A stretch of DNA of 64,000 nt from Squalus acanthias. Its lineage: Eukaryota. The position numbers and the translations under genes were made by a program. A model generated the notes under the pieces. The model ran no database searches. It was not told the origin of the DNA and was given only the letters and a program-made list of their open reading frames with translations. Below, piece by piece: positions 1-13,000 of this stretch. The DNA is taken from the NCBI GenBank assembly GCA_030390025.1, contig CM059435.1:93248001-93312000 (forward strand). Direction: 5' to 3'. Numbering within the stretch: position 1 is the first letter of the stretch; the number at the start of each line of letters is the position of its first letter.

Positions 1-1301
1 GCTGGAACCTGTGGTGTCATTTTCCTCTTCCCTAGATCATGCAAACATGTGCCCAGTGATTGACCATGTGAAGACCTCTCCTCTAGCCTACCCTCTAAAG
101 TACGCGTGGTTCCAATCTCTGAGCTGGCGCCTGCAAGGTCAGATCGAGTGACGCTGCATCTTCAGGAAGGCTGGCTTCCTCTATCTGAAATATCTGAAGT
201 GGCACAGGGGCCTCGACATTTTCAGAACCTGAAATGACAGAGAGGAACAAGGGTTAGCTTTAAGTGTGATGGGAGAGGAGAGAAAGCTGAGTGGCTGCTA
301 AAAGCAGCTGCAGTTTGTCATGTAGGTATTTAGGGTGAAATAGAAGTGAGAAGGGAAAAAGAGGGTCATGCGAAGAGACCCTGCACAATATCTCCTCCAG
401 GGTGTGGGCTCCCCACGGCCATGACTCGCTGCCTGTCCGTGATGTCCAGCACGTCCTCCTCAATTCCCATCCACTGCTTCATGCTGTGTGCGACCTTCTC
501 CTGCAAGAAAGAAACAAGTATGTTAATGACAGCCTTGTGAGCTATTTTGAGAATGTGCCTATCATGGTCGAATAGTACAGATGTAATGTACAAAATTTGA
601 GGTGTGAGGATGTACAGATTGTGTGACTAGGAGGTGAAGGTGATGGAGTGAAGGGTGGTTTAGTGATTGTATGAGAATGAAGGGAAGCAGGCGAGGGGAG
701 TGTTGGGAGTACTGAGGGCACAGGTGGAGCAGGCGTGAGGAGAGATAATTGATGTGAGAGGTAAGATTCTTACCCCGACAACTTTTCTGGGGTCATTAAA
801 CTTTTTTCGGCATTGCAGTGTTGTCATGGGAGCTAAGCTCCTTGCATTGACCTCCTCAGCCACCTCTTCTCACTGGCAACTGAGGTTTTGCCTGGAGACC
901 TTCTGTTCAACGGGAGGAACAGGATCTCCTGTCCACTCCCTGGACCACAGCCTCCAAAGCGGCATTGGTGAACCTGGTGGCCCGATCTACAGCTCTTGCA
1001 GCCCTTTTTCTCGTCAGAAGCGCTCTCTCCTTTCTGCAGCCAGAGTGCACCTCCCCTTTAAGAGGTGCAGACTGTCTTTAAGTGACGTCAGAGAGGCCCG
1101 ATTTCCTGCCTTCACACCTCTCTCTCCCAATAGGTGCGTAGCCAATAAGAAGCATGGTAGCACTGGTTACACACCTGACCCATTAAAATGAGGTACCAGC
1201 CCCAATGTCACGTGATAAATGCACCCACGTGAACAGGCTCGCGCTGTGTGCACCTTGCGCCCTGCATGCCTGTTTTCGGGCGCGATCAAACTTCTAGGCC
1301 C
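1..1301 (-). mobile_element. Degraded Harbinger/PIF DNA transposon (Myb/SANT-gene end), left part outside window
   Basis: The minus strand at ~770-980 reads PRFTNAALEAVVQGVD...TTLQCRKKFND followed by a GTAAGA donor. A second exon-like piece reads LQEKVAH (~505). The element ends in TIR-like AAACTTCTAGGCCC at 1301 followed by TAA. Same architecture as the Myb gene at 45892-47826. Confidence 0.7.
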
Positions 1302-2370
1302 TAATGTCATCCCTTGATAAATTATTGAAAATAAACAAAACCAGATGATGTCAGGCTGCATAACTCAGAGTATACAGTTAATGGTGAATATCACAAGGAG
1401 TTGCAATTGTTTGAGTGCTCACAAGGGTAATTTTAATCTTGATTTTCCGGATTAAACAATGTTGTAACTATATGTTTCAGGCAGAATGCAACAACAAACA
1501 CTAAAAACACCATTTCCCCCCCAAAATATTTTGATTCTCCACAGGGGCCATGAAATGTTTTTTCCAGAGATGCCCTGCAGGTTATTAGTCAATCCAGAAG
1601 ATGGCGCCAAAGAACTAAAAACATATTTGTAAAATGACGAGATTGTGGATTACAATATTTCGCTCTTTTAGGTTTAGGAAATTAATTACATGCAGATGTT
1701 TGTTGTTTACAATTAATTTTTGGTAGATTTTCATGACTATTCACTCAATAGGAATTATACTAAAATATTTATTTTCAACACAACTTCTGCTACAATTTTA
1801 ATTGTAAGACATACTTATTACAGCTATTGTATACTTTGCATTATAGAGTTGACACGATATTATCAGCAAACAGCAGCAAGATAAGCAGCACATACGAAGA
1901 ACCAGATAGAAAAGGGACTTTGTCCAAACTGGGAAACAGCAAATATATGGAAACAAAATATTGACTTAACAAGAGTTAAGGAATAAACACAATATGCTCT
2001 TGTTCGGCACGGAATTGTGCTCTCCAATTTTTTGTACAGGCTCCATGTTGGGACGTAGCTGCTTGTGGAAAATAAACCAGAAGAGTAGATGATATGCAAT
2101 TGTTGTTGTTCAAATCGCATGAGAAACTGGCATTTTCGCTGCCTCTGGCACTTCTTATGCAAAAATACAGTATTCAGGCAGAAAATTGTATGCATGTGAT
2201 AAAAGTAGAAAGCAGGATTTGTCATGGGATGTTATACCATGCCAAATCAGTTACTCTACCAATCAGTGATGCAAGATCATAGAGCATATGAATATCACTG
2301 GTGTGATTGAATTAGATTAGCTTTCAAATTAGTGTTTTTTGTTGTAAACCAGCATACTAACGTCTATACA

Positions 2371-2513
2371 AAAGTAAAATACTGCAGATGCTGGAAATCG
2401 GGAATAAATTCAGATTCTGACAAAAGATCATTGACCTGAAACGTTAACTCCATTTCTCTCTCCACAGGTGCTGCCAGACCTGCTGAGTGTTTCCAGCATT
2501 TTCTGTTTTTATT
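2371..2513 (+). mobile_element. Penelope pLTR-derived short repeat with hammerhead-like core
   Basis: Homologous to the Penelope terminus at 51245-51380. Its 5' part is the reverse complement of the pLTR tail. Contains CTGACAA...GACCTGAAACGTTAAC. Confidence 0.7.
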
Positions 2514-2552
2514 ATACTAACATATATTCTGTTTATGCAGTAGGTACTTACA

Positions 2553-3280
2553 CAGAGGTGAACTGGCCATATGGAAAATCAGAGGAATTCAAGAGCGCCC
2601 CATGAATGGTTCCATAGCGCAGTATTATCGGCACTCTTCTTTTTCTGTGATAATCCGTGCCTTTCAGTACTCCTGTACTTGCATGGACCATGTACAGCAG
2701 GCACCTCAAAGCACTGGAGAGGTACCACCAACGCTGCCTCCGCAAGATCCTGCAAATCTATTGGCAGGAAAGGCGCACCAATGTCAGTGTTCTCGCTCAG
2801 GCCAACATCCCCAGCATCGAAGCTTTGACCACGCTCGATCAGCTCCGATGGACGGGTCACATCGTCCGCATGCCCGATATGAGACTCCCAAAACAAGCGC
2901 TCTACTCGGAGCTCCGGCACGGCAAGAGAGCCCCAGGTGGGCAGAGGAAACGCTTCAAGGACACCCTCAAAGCCTCCTTGAAAAAGTGTAACATCCCCAC
3001 CGACACCTGGGAATCCCTGGCCCAAGACCGCACAAAGTGGAGGAGAAGCATCCGGGAAGGCGCCGAACACCTCGAGTCTCTTCGCCGGGAGCAAGCGGAA
3101 GCCAAGCGCAGGCAGCACAAGTCAACCCAAGCATCCCACCCACCCACCCCTTCAACCACCGTCTGCCCCACCTGTGACAGAGACTGTAGGTCCCGCATTG
3201 GAATCATCAGTCACCTGCGAACTCATTTTTAATGTGGAAGCAAGTCATCCCCGGTTCCGAGGGACTGCCTAAGAAGAAGA
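2553..3280 (+). mobile_element. 5'-truncated RTE/BovB-like LINE
   Basis: ORF 2657-3232 reads WTMYSRHLKALERYHQRCLRKIL...RLPKQALYSEL...RKRFKDTLK, with a terminal CPTC..HLRTH zinc knuckle. AAG-repeat tail. Flanking ACTTACA repeats at 2546-2552 and 3280-3286. Confidence 0.9.
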
Positions 3281-3482
3281 CTTACATATGCACCTTCAGC
3301 AGTAAAAGGGTTGTGTCTTCTTCATAAATATTTTTAAAAATCTCCCAGTGGTGTGACAGTTTATGACTTAATGTCATCTGAACTCTAAGATTGATCTCTG
3401 GCTCTTGAGTTCTATCCTGAAATGATTCTATGTAGGTATTATATATGTGGCGCTTTATCCCATAAATTTTTAGAAAAGGATA

Positions 3483-4165
3483 GGGGGAATTTTAACTTCC
3501 TCTGTTAAAATCCAAGCAGTACATTTACCGCCAGTTTCCTGCCCCACGGCTATTTTATCACTGCTGTTTTCTTGGGCAGGTGAGGCGCCTGCCTGACTCA
3601 GGCAAGAACCTCATAAATAGATGCAAATCAGGGTCCTATTACGTAGATGGGAACTTGATGCCATTTAACTGTCTACTGAGTGGGCACTCTTCTCTGTAAA
3701 AACTGGCAGACGCCAGGCGGAGGCCGTCAGATACATTTTTTAGGTCTGCTCCTGCATGCCCCACAAAGAGGTTTGGGCTGCTACCACCCCAAGCTAAGCC
3801 CAAGCCCCCCACACCCCCAACCCTTCCCACTTGTGAAACCCTCCTGAACCCCGCAGCAACTTATCCGATTGCTGGTCTGGCAGCCTCCAGGCCACCTGAT
3901 CTTTGTAGGCCCAAAGCCAGCAAGCTGCCTTTAGATGTCCGTTTTGGGTGGGAATCTGGCCGACGGATGTTAATGAGACCCGACTGTTAAAATGGACCTG
4001 CCCGGGAGTTGGAATTCCTCCTGATATCTCTGTAAACTTCACAGTCCCAAAATTTGAATGGCACCATTACTTTGCCAGAAGAGAGGCGGGGCAGGGCAGG
4101 ACTTCCACCCGCAATGAAGCTCTGTTCCTGGTCCCATCTTTAATTGCGGGGTCAGGTAATTAGAA
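3483..4165. mobile_element. Degraded non-autonomous Harbinger-like element
   Basis: Starts GGGGGAATTTTAAC, like the other TIRs here, with GC-rich subterminal motifs. Ends are not cleanly resolved. Confidence 0.4.
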
Positions 4166-4739
4166 TATGGACAGGCTTGCAGGCCGTGCAAAGCCAGTGT
4201 GCAACATCTCAGGTACGCTGGGAGCTGGGATAGGGCTGGGGCAGAAGCCAGGCCCCCAAAACTGGCACAGGGGCATAGAAAGTAGAGATTGGAGAGGCAG
4301 AGACCTGTGAATCAACAGGATATAAAAGCTGATGTTGCTAAAAGGCAGCACTGGAGGAAGCTGGCACCCTGGGTGACAAGGATAGCAGAATGGGCCAAGA
4401 GAATAACAGCAAACATAAAGGAGTCTGACACAGATGTCCTCCTTGTGGAGATACACAGGTGAAGGGATGTGCTGTTTGGAGCTAGGGATAAGATACCTGC
4501 AAAAAATGTAGTATGCAGTCTGTGAAGGGAGGTGTTATAGCAGCGAGTGCCACCCCCTTGACATCCTGGATTCCTCCTATATAATAATATGGAAGAATTT
4601 CAACTATCTCCCTATAGTGGGCAACATAAGCTCCCTGTTCCCTATAGCTCTCTCTTGGAGTCACTTTATATGTGTGCCACTCCTTCATTCATTACCCTCA
4701 TGGTGCTTCTCCTGCTGTTTTACCTGCTTTTTAAAAAAT

Positions 4740-4885
4740 TAATTCTCGGAATATGGCCGTCGCTAGTAAGGCCAACATTTATTGCCCATTTCTAGTTGCC
4801 CTTGAGAAGGTGGTGGTGAGCCTTCTTCTTGAACTGCTACAGTCCATAGTGCTGTTAGGGAGGGAGTTCCAAGATTTTGACCTTG
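4740..4885 (-). mobile_element. 3' tail of CR1/L2-group LINE (family B)
   Basis: Motif CATTTATTGCCCAT..GCCCTTGAGAAGGTGGTGGTGAG is shared with 5625-5712 and 37535-37875. Confidence 0.65.
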
Positions 4886-5624
4886 GACAAAATTGCTACT
4901 TATAAAGTCACCTTCTTTCACAGTATGCCATGCATGAACAAGACTCTCTAACTCACCACAGCTGTCCTTTCTTGATTTATGCCTGTCCTGTGTCAAACTG
5001 TTGTAACAAAAGACTCTATCCAGCCTTTGCTGCAATAGTCATGTCTTTTCCTTCTTCTAATTGGAGAAGGTGGCCCATAACTGCTGAGAATTTCAGGCCA
5101 CAGCTGGTGATCTCCCAACAAAAGACTGCTGACTCTTCATGAGGAATAGGCTTTGGAGATCCTGGAGAGGGAGATGAAGAAGGGTTAGTGGCAGCTGCAG
5201 GTTTGTCTGGACCATCTGCCGCTTGCCTGTATAATGGTCTGGGAGGATAAATACTGTAGCAAGAAACATGATCAGGCACTTTCAAAAGCTACAGAGGAAT
5301 TGTCACAGTAACAGCGTAACATTAAAACATCTCTTCATTTTCTTTTTCTCTAGATAGCCCAAAGCAGATCCCACTGAGGAAGAAGAGGACAAAAGAAACA
5401 AGTGGCCTTTCATCTCCTCCCAACGAGACACATCCTCACCTACGCCATCATTCACCCTCTCTCTTTCACTCACCAGCCTAGAGAAATACATCGAGGGGTA
5501 TGTAGATATTTCCAATGAGGGGTTTTCACTGGGTGAGTCACAACATATGAGGGTGCTGGAGGAGGTAGATGTGAAAGTGGGATCTGACAGTGGGGTGTGC
5601 AGATTCCACACGCATTTTTATTTT

Positions 5625-5712
5625 GTATTATTCATTCTTGGGATATGGGCATCGTTAGCAAGAACAGCATTTATTGCCCATCCCTAGTTGCTCTTGAGAA
5701 GGTGGTGGTGAG
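5625..5712 (-). mobile_element. 3' tail fragment of CR1/L2-group LINE (family B)
   Basis: Same motif as 4740-4885. Confidence 0.6.
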
Positions 5713-6242
5713 ACGTCAGTCCCTGGCTTCAGAGCCTACAGACTCAGATCTCTGGGGTCCTTCTCTAAAAAGAAGGATGCTGGATGAGTATCACACTCAC
5801 ATGGAGGCACTGAGGATCATCTAGAAGACTTGAGACAGATGGCAGGGGTCATGGTGGAGTGTTATGACATCCTCAATGCCAATCCCTAAGAAGGATTTGA
5901 CACGCAGAACAACTGTAATTGTTGCCACCTGACAGAGAAGCATCCAGACCAGTCAATACATTCAAAGTTAATGTTTTGACCACTAGCCTTTGGGCACTGG
6001 GGGATTGTCTGGAGAGAATGATGGCAACTGGCTTCCAAAAGCTTTGTGGTGCCATCTCTCATGGTCTGCAGGATCTAACTTGAAGTACTGTTGTACTTTG
6101 TGAATTTTAGGACTGATCAGATGAACCACAATAGTCTCTTCTGGTCCTGTACATTTACTCTATTCCTTTAATCTATACATGTGTATATGTAGATTTGAGG
6201 GTACGACTCAGTCATTAAGATATTTTTATCCCTTCTTCCTTA

Positions 6243-7070
6243 TAGGAACAGGAGTAGGCCATTCAACCCCTCAAGCATGTACCAGCATTCAATTAGATCA
6301 TGGCTGATCTGTATCTTAACTCCATCTACCAGCCTTGCTTCCGTAACCCTTAATATCCTTGCCTAACAAAAATTTATCAATCTCAGTTTTGAAATTTTCA
6401 ATTGACCTAGCCTCAACAGCTTTTTTGGGGGAAGAGGTTCCAGATTTCCACTACCCTTTGTGTGAAGAAGTGCTTTCTGACATCACCCCTGAATGGCTTA
6501 GCTTTAATTTTAAGGTTATGCCCCTTTGTTCTGGACTCTCCCGCCAGAGGAAATAGTTTCTCTCTATCTAGCCTATCAAATCCTTTAATCATCTTAAATA
6601 CCTCAATTAGATCACCCCTTAATCTTCTTTATTCAAGAGAATACAAGCCTAGTCTATGCAACCTGTCTTCATAGTTTAACTCTTTTAGCCCTGGTATCAT
6701 TCTAATGAATCTGCTCTCCTAAGCCAATATATCTTTCTTGAGGTGCGGTGCCCAGAACTGAATGCAATACTCCAGATGGAGTCTAACCAGGGCTCTGTAC
6801 AGCTGCAACATAAGTTCCACTCATTTGTATACCGTGCCCTCTTGAGAAAAAGGCCAACATTCCATTAGCCTTTTTAATTATTGTTGTACCTGTCCACTAG
6901 CTTTTAGTGATTTCTGTACTTGGACCTCTAAATCTCTCCGCTCATCCACAGTTCCTAACATCTCGACAATTATAAAATATTCTGAACCATCTTTCTTAGG
7001 TCCAAAGTGGATGACCTGACACTTTCCCACATTGAACTCCATCTGCCACAGTTTTGCCCACTCACTTAAT
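6243..7070 (-). mobile_element. 5'-truncated CR1 LINE
   Basis: Minus strand reads LSEWAKLWQMEFNVGKCQVIHFG...DLEVQV. The CR1 3' UTR (ATAGGAACAGGAGTAGGCC on +) matches 60348-61637. Confidence 0.9.
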
Positions 7071-8733
7071 TTGGGCACAATCCTATATGCCACTGCTTCA
7101 TGGCGCAGCATGTTGGGGCACCAATCCACTGCAGCATCACACTGCCTGCCAGAATATACAATTAAAAGCACACTTTCAAAGTTTACTGCATTGAAAATTA
7201 TTTTAAGTCCTCTATACAATGCAGGATAGCTCAAAGAACTTAGCAGGATGGTGTTTATACTGGCTAACATCCAATATTTGCTGAATAATGAAGTTTTAAC
7301 TTGAACTGTTGGCATGAACAATTCACACATTAGCACTTGCAGAGGTGGAAAGGTGCTTTCCATGAAGGGATTGTAAAATATATTTAAATGAAGATAGCTT
7401 GTATTAATATACACTTAACAAAGCAGGATTTCATTGAAATAATTATCGCTTTTACATTCCCAAAATGTTTAAATATGCCTCCTCATGTTGGTTCTTCCTA
7501 TACCCCAGCCAAGAGAGCACCCAGATGAGCTGCTCCCTTTACCTGTGTCGCTCTGGATCAATCTACTAAAAATGAGAGAACAGCCAGAGAGGCACACACT
7601 TATTGTTTTTCTTCCATTCTTGTGGAGAAGTACCTGGTCTCTCTGCTTGGGGCTTCAATGACTTCCCATTGGGGAATTACAGGCATCAAACAGCATCCTA
7701 CCATTCTATAGCATCTCCTGTTGAAGCACAAACATGCTGTCTTGGCAGAATATATATTTAATAGGCGGGTATACTTAAGTGGAACATACGTTAACGTTTT
7801 GATAACTGGATACAAACTGCTTTCAACCAATTCCTGATCATAATTATAGAAATTATAACTTTAATAGATAAAGTAGAAAAAATCTAGGAACCATTTGACA
7901 CCACAATTGTTATTCCAATCACAGCCTACAAGTATTTCCAAACCCTTTGGTCAAAAACACATTCTTTTGGCTTACTGTAGGAGAGCATGGACCCACAAAT
8001 TAGTCTATTCTTCTTGTAATCCTATGTAGCAAATGTAACATTCATTTGTACAGTAATGCAATTCAATGTTATCTCTGCACGCTTTATACACAGGATTCCG
8101 TCTAATATCAAGATAATGGGTGCTATATAATTACAAAACAATAAGCGATTCTCATCTCAGCATCCATTAACAATCGAGATCGCTTAAACCATTTGAAAGT
8201 AATGCTTGAAATTAATAAACAGCCGATCCAGAAATGTAGATAACCGTTCCTGAATAATTATTCTAAAACTTCCGAACATAACCTGGTTTTTAAATATGGG
8301 CATTTTAAGCAAACATAACAGTGCTTTGCTGCAGCCAAGATTCAAAAAGCCTCTAAGTCCCATAAAAGGATATAAGGATTTCGAACAGAGACGTTTGAAG
8401 ACACAAGAGTTTAAGTGAAATGGGATATATGTGTACTGTTGGCAGTGTCAGCAGCGGTTAGTTTCCCAGCTAGAAAGTCCACTTGTTGAATTCATTGTCC
8501 GCTTAACTTGCTTAAATTGGCCCCATCTCTCTAAACACCGCAAATCATATCCTACAGTGTTTCTAAAGTCGCACAGCTAATCATATTGGAATATTGAACA
8601 GTATAAGCATGGATAACTTGTCCTACTTTTTAACTTACTGAACCACGCAGCGACTCAAATTCCAATATATCAATTAGACTTAATCCGAATATTCCACTAC
8701 ATTTCTGTTTTAAGAGTGAAATGCTAGTGTTTG

Positions 8734-8775
8734 CTCTCTCTCTCTCTCCTATATATATATATATATATGTGTGTA
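8734..8775. repeat. Compound (CT)n(AT)n(GT)n microsatellite
   Basis: Directly visible. Confidence 0.85.
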
Positions 8776-9981
8776 ATTCAAATTCAGGTAACCAATTGAC
8801 ATGTTAGACATCCTTTTGCAATGATTTAGAACTTGTATTACTGTTAGATATCCTTAGTGTTGGTGTGAAGAGCTGGTCAAATATACTACCGCGGTCATCA
8901 TATGATTGAAAAGCTGTCAAGCTTGGGGATTTATCCGACAAAAGTTCTACCAAACTCAGATAGTATTCATGTAAAATCCTGACCTAAGCGTAAAATATTT
9001 CCCAGATTGTGTTTTCATTGCTCAGCAAACTGTACATTGCTAATCCAGCATGTGTCAATCATCTATCGTTCAGTAACTGCAAAAAAGATCCTTTGTATAA
9101 TAAAGGATTATAATTTAACTTTAGTTTTGTCTGTGTGTGTGTGTTGGGGGGGGGGGGGGGAGGAGGAGATCGGCGGGGGCACAAATATTACACATCTCTC
9201 ACTTTATATAAACAATCTAAGCATCCTAAACCATTTCCTAACAAATTAGTGATCTGTTCATCTAGATTGTACTCTGCTTAACCTTCAGTTATAAGCGAAG
9301 ACACGTGGCAATATCACGAATGTTTATTTTCATTATGCTATCTTTTAAAATGTCTGAGGTACCTTCGTATTGCAATGAATCCTTTGTAAAAAGCTGAACA
9401 CAACGTGTTGATTATTCATGACTTTTTCACTTCCGTCTTCGAGCTAGAAGTTCATCAACTTATTAATTAAAATGAGTTTTAGTAATTATCAGGGAAATAA
9501 ATCACATTAGTAATTTAAAAATTGCAGTAACAGGTTTAAAATAGGCAGTTTTAAATAAGCTGTGGTTTCTATTGTGGCGCTGCTGCTTCATGTCACAACC
9601 CTGTTTATGGTTGGAATGCATAGATTGCTAATACATGCATTCGTGTAATAAAGAAACCGTGGTCTTCTATATTTTTTGATTAAGAAATCAAGGTGAAGAG
9701 CCGATGCCCATAGTGCAGGACCCCACCAAGGTCGGAAAGAATGGAACAGACGAGGTAAATCGGGAAGCGGATCCCAAGCTTGTGTGTTTTATAAGATTCC
9801 AGCAGGAAGGCAAGACTGCGGGAGGCAAGAAGTTAGAGAGTAGTCGACTGTAACATGAAGGTTGTGTACTTATAAAAGGCCAACAACGCCGCAACTAATA
9901 ACTGTGAATCTCACCGTAACTTTCCAATGCAAGGTCCCTGAACGTCACTGGAATGCTGTACAATTAGTACTGATCAATAAC

Positions 9982-10003
9982 TCCCCCCCCCCCCCCCCCC
10001 CCC
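9982..10003. repeat. Poly-C tract (~22 nt)
   Basis: Directly visible. Confidence 0.85.
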
Positions 10004-13000
10004 ACCTCCTTCCAAAAAGTTAACATTAGCAGTAACTCCCGGCGGGTGCCCTTCACATATGGCTCACTTTATGCCGTCTGGCGAGAAAACAATCGATTCT
10101 AGGAGCCTTCGGCTAGTGGTTACTACAAAAACTATTGCAACATTTGACTGCTTATTTAAATACATATTACGGAAAAAGAGAGAAAGCACCGGCGATTGTC
10201 GAATATTACTGGTAACTTCGAGCATCGCTAAACAAACAGGTCTCAGAAAGACGTTAACCACAACTCAAGGGTTACTTTAGTTCTTGGAAATACCTGATTT
10301 GGAAACATACACCAACAAATTCTGTATATCCCCCCCACCCCCGCCCATTTATTTCATCTTTAAATGTCTTAAAACATTATATTTTGTTCTTTCATTTCCA
10401 CTTAGTGTCTACACCTGTTACCCGCTGTGGAACGAACAGCGCAAATCGTTATAATTATCGTCTAAATCCCGAGCTTGGTTAAACTCAATGACAGGAACAA
10501 AGAACTCAACTAAATTACATTTTATTCATAAAAGTGCACGCTACATAGTTAAACCTCCTTGATTATTATAAGGTTTTGAATAGATATGGAAACTAAAAAG
10601 TTAAAATTTGTGAACATTTTTAGGATAATTTAAACATAGTTTTATTTGCAATATTTGAAAAAAAAAATCATGATCTCGATCTGGAAATATGTTTTGCACC
10701 ACAGAGGCGTGAACCTTATCTCAAAACCTTTCCTTAACAAAGATAATTTTAAACAAAGCACTTTTGCAACCCAGACGATACAGAAGTTGTGAAATACTGT
10801 TAGATGTCTGGAAGTTTAAATGTTCTATGTTGTAACATCCAAAAAGTTAGTTTTACAAGTAACTCGCCCCCACACCATGGGGAAAAGCATAAATATTTCT
10901 GTTCACGAGTACACACACACATATATAAATACACTGGCGAATTCACTGTTCAGATATTTAAGAACCCCCTCAAGAACTTTTTTTTTTACACATTACTCAT
11001 TATGACAAGATATGTTTTCGATAATGCTAAGATCTGCCAGGGTGTAACGGATTTGGTTTGATTGCGCAAGGCATTGCTCACGCCGCTTTACTTTGCCCAT
11101 TTAATTCATAAAATACCCATTTAAAACAGACTTTGTGAATATCTGTGTTGAAACAGCACCAGGTGTTCGATTGCTCGCTCTGTGGCCAGACATTTAAAAG
11201 AAAAGAAAACACGTTCCCTATTTCCATTTTATTTAGTTTTTTTTTTAAATACTGGAAAATCCCCCAAACTCAAACTTCTAGCGCTTAGACCGAGTGCAAA
11301 TATTTCTTCCGATATAATTCATTCGCAAAACAGTACAACTATCTTCACATATATATCGCCTTTTCAGCAAAGAATGGATCAAATGTGTCGGATCGTCTAC
11401 ACTTGCTGCTTATATCAGAAAATGCTAAAAGCTCATGGCAACGTCTGCATAAAATATTTGTTACAAAACCATGCTTCGTCTTTTATCTTTCAGGTGTTGC
11501 CTGGGCTTCTACTAGTCTTTCGGCATTCCGGCTATTTAATTTATAACCAGCAGATGGCACCAGAATTCCACAATTCAGTGAAATTCCCTTTTCTTATATT
11601 CAACGTAAGAGAACTAACTTGAGAGAAGGGACGAGAATGGCAACCTTCCTTTCTCTGACATGCAAAAAGATGCTTGTTAAAGATATATCATCGTATTTGT
11701 TATATTCTGGCATGTTGTGCAACAGTAGCATCATTTACAGTAATAATCCATTTATACAGAACTTAGGTTCGGACTCATGCTACCACTGAAGAAAATACAG
11801 TATCAAAAGTGCAGCTATAATATAACGTATAATAATTATAATGACTGGTTGATTATATTCTGGCCCAATATATTTGCTCACGTATAAAATCGCTTTTAAT
11901 TTGGAAAGGTAGCTTTGAAATGGTGCATTGTAACAATTGTGCCAACGGTGATGTAAAATTTCCCAATTAATTTCAAATCATTTTAACAATCTGAATGCAT
12001 CTGCAATTCTACTTCTGGAACATTTTTTCTTTTCCCTTAAATAACACCACCAGCGTTAGTTAAACTGCATTCCAGTAAAATAGGGGATTTGACTTTTTAA
12101 ATGAAGCACACAGCTAGCTGTTTGAATGAAAAGGTGTGTTTCGTCCGAAACGTGCCAACTACTCCGGAATATCTGCCACCGCGTTGGTGACAATTCCCAG
12201 TGTTTATCGATACATTTTGGTTCTAAATATGAATGAATGAATCACTTTTTGCATTTCATTCACAACTTGCAGAGAATACATTCGGATATCTGTGAGACTC
12301 TGAATGTTTCATTTACACGCTGCCATGTTTTCCTGTTTTAAAACATCTTTTTTTTCCCACTTGGAAGGAAAATTCATTGGGGTTTCGAACATACATTCAC
12401 CTTAAAATGTTTAATAAAAGCGTCCTAATGGACAGCGGGTCCCACTTCTACAACAACATATGTAATTTAAATAAAGGCAGCGATTTTTTATTATTTAAAT
12501 AGAAAAAACGGTCAAACCGTAACTGAAATCTCCTCACCTATGCAGAACATCGAAGGCACAACACATCAGATCAGTGAATAGGAACTTTTCTCCTAACTGC
12601 GGTACTCTGCGGGTTTTCTGAAGTTGTGTCGTTAGATGGAGTAGCAAACCCGCTGAGTTTAATCTGTAACCGACTTGAAACACAACTTCAGGGGGGGAAA
12701 TAAGTAATTGCTAAACCTTCAGCAGTCGCCGGATTTAGGTAATGCATTTGGAAACGCAACTTTATTCATGCAATTGTGTTTAAATCAGCCAATACAATGG
12801 TTTGCAAAGTATATAAAACAAGGCCGATTGAATACGATGGTTACAGCAAACCGCGCAATATTTGTCACATTACTAACTTGCATTAAAACAAGTTGGAGCA
12901 CATTTTGCAGATTCATGTAAAATGGTCAGCGATTCAGGTAGTGTTCAATGAAAATATGCCAGGAAGCTGATCCCTTCTCGAGCCCAGCATGCCCGTGAGC

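Noticed and set aside
2579-3118. 179-aa minus-strand ORF and overlapping frames
   Set aside because: These are antisense or shifted frames of the RTE LINE ORF.
5330-6060. Possible Harbinger Myb last-exon remnant (acidic EEEED segment)
   Set aside because: Too degraded. No TIRs or diagnostic motif.
9688-9895. Purine-rich, exon-like stretch (+ strand NQGEEPMPIVQDPTKVGKNGTDE then GTAAAT)
   Set aside because: No recognisable protein similarity and no convincing acceptor.
12120-12155. GTTTCG-TC-CGAAAC as a hammerhead
   Set aside because: It lacks CUGANGA and helix I, so it is only a short inverted repeat.
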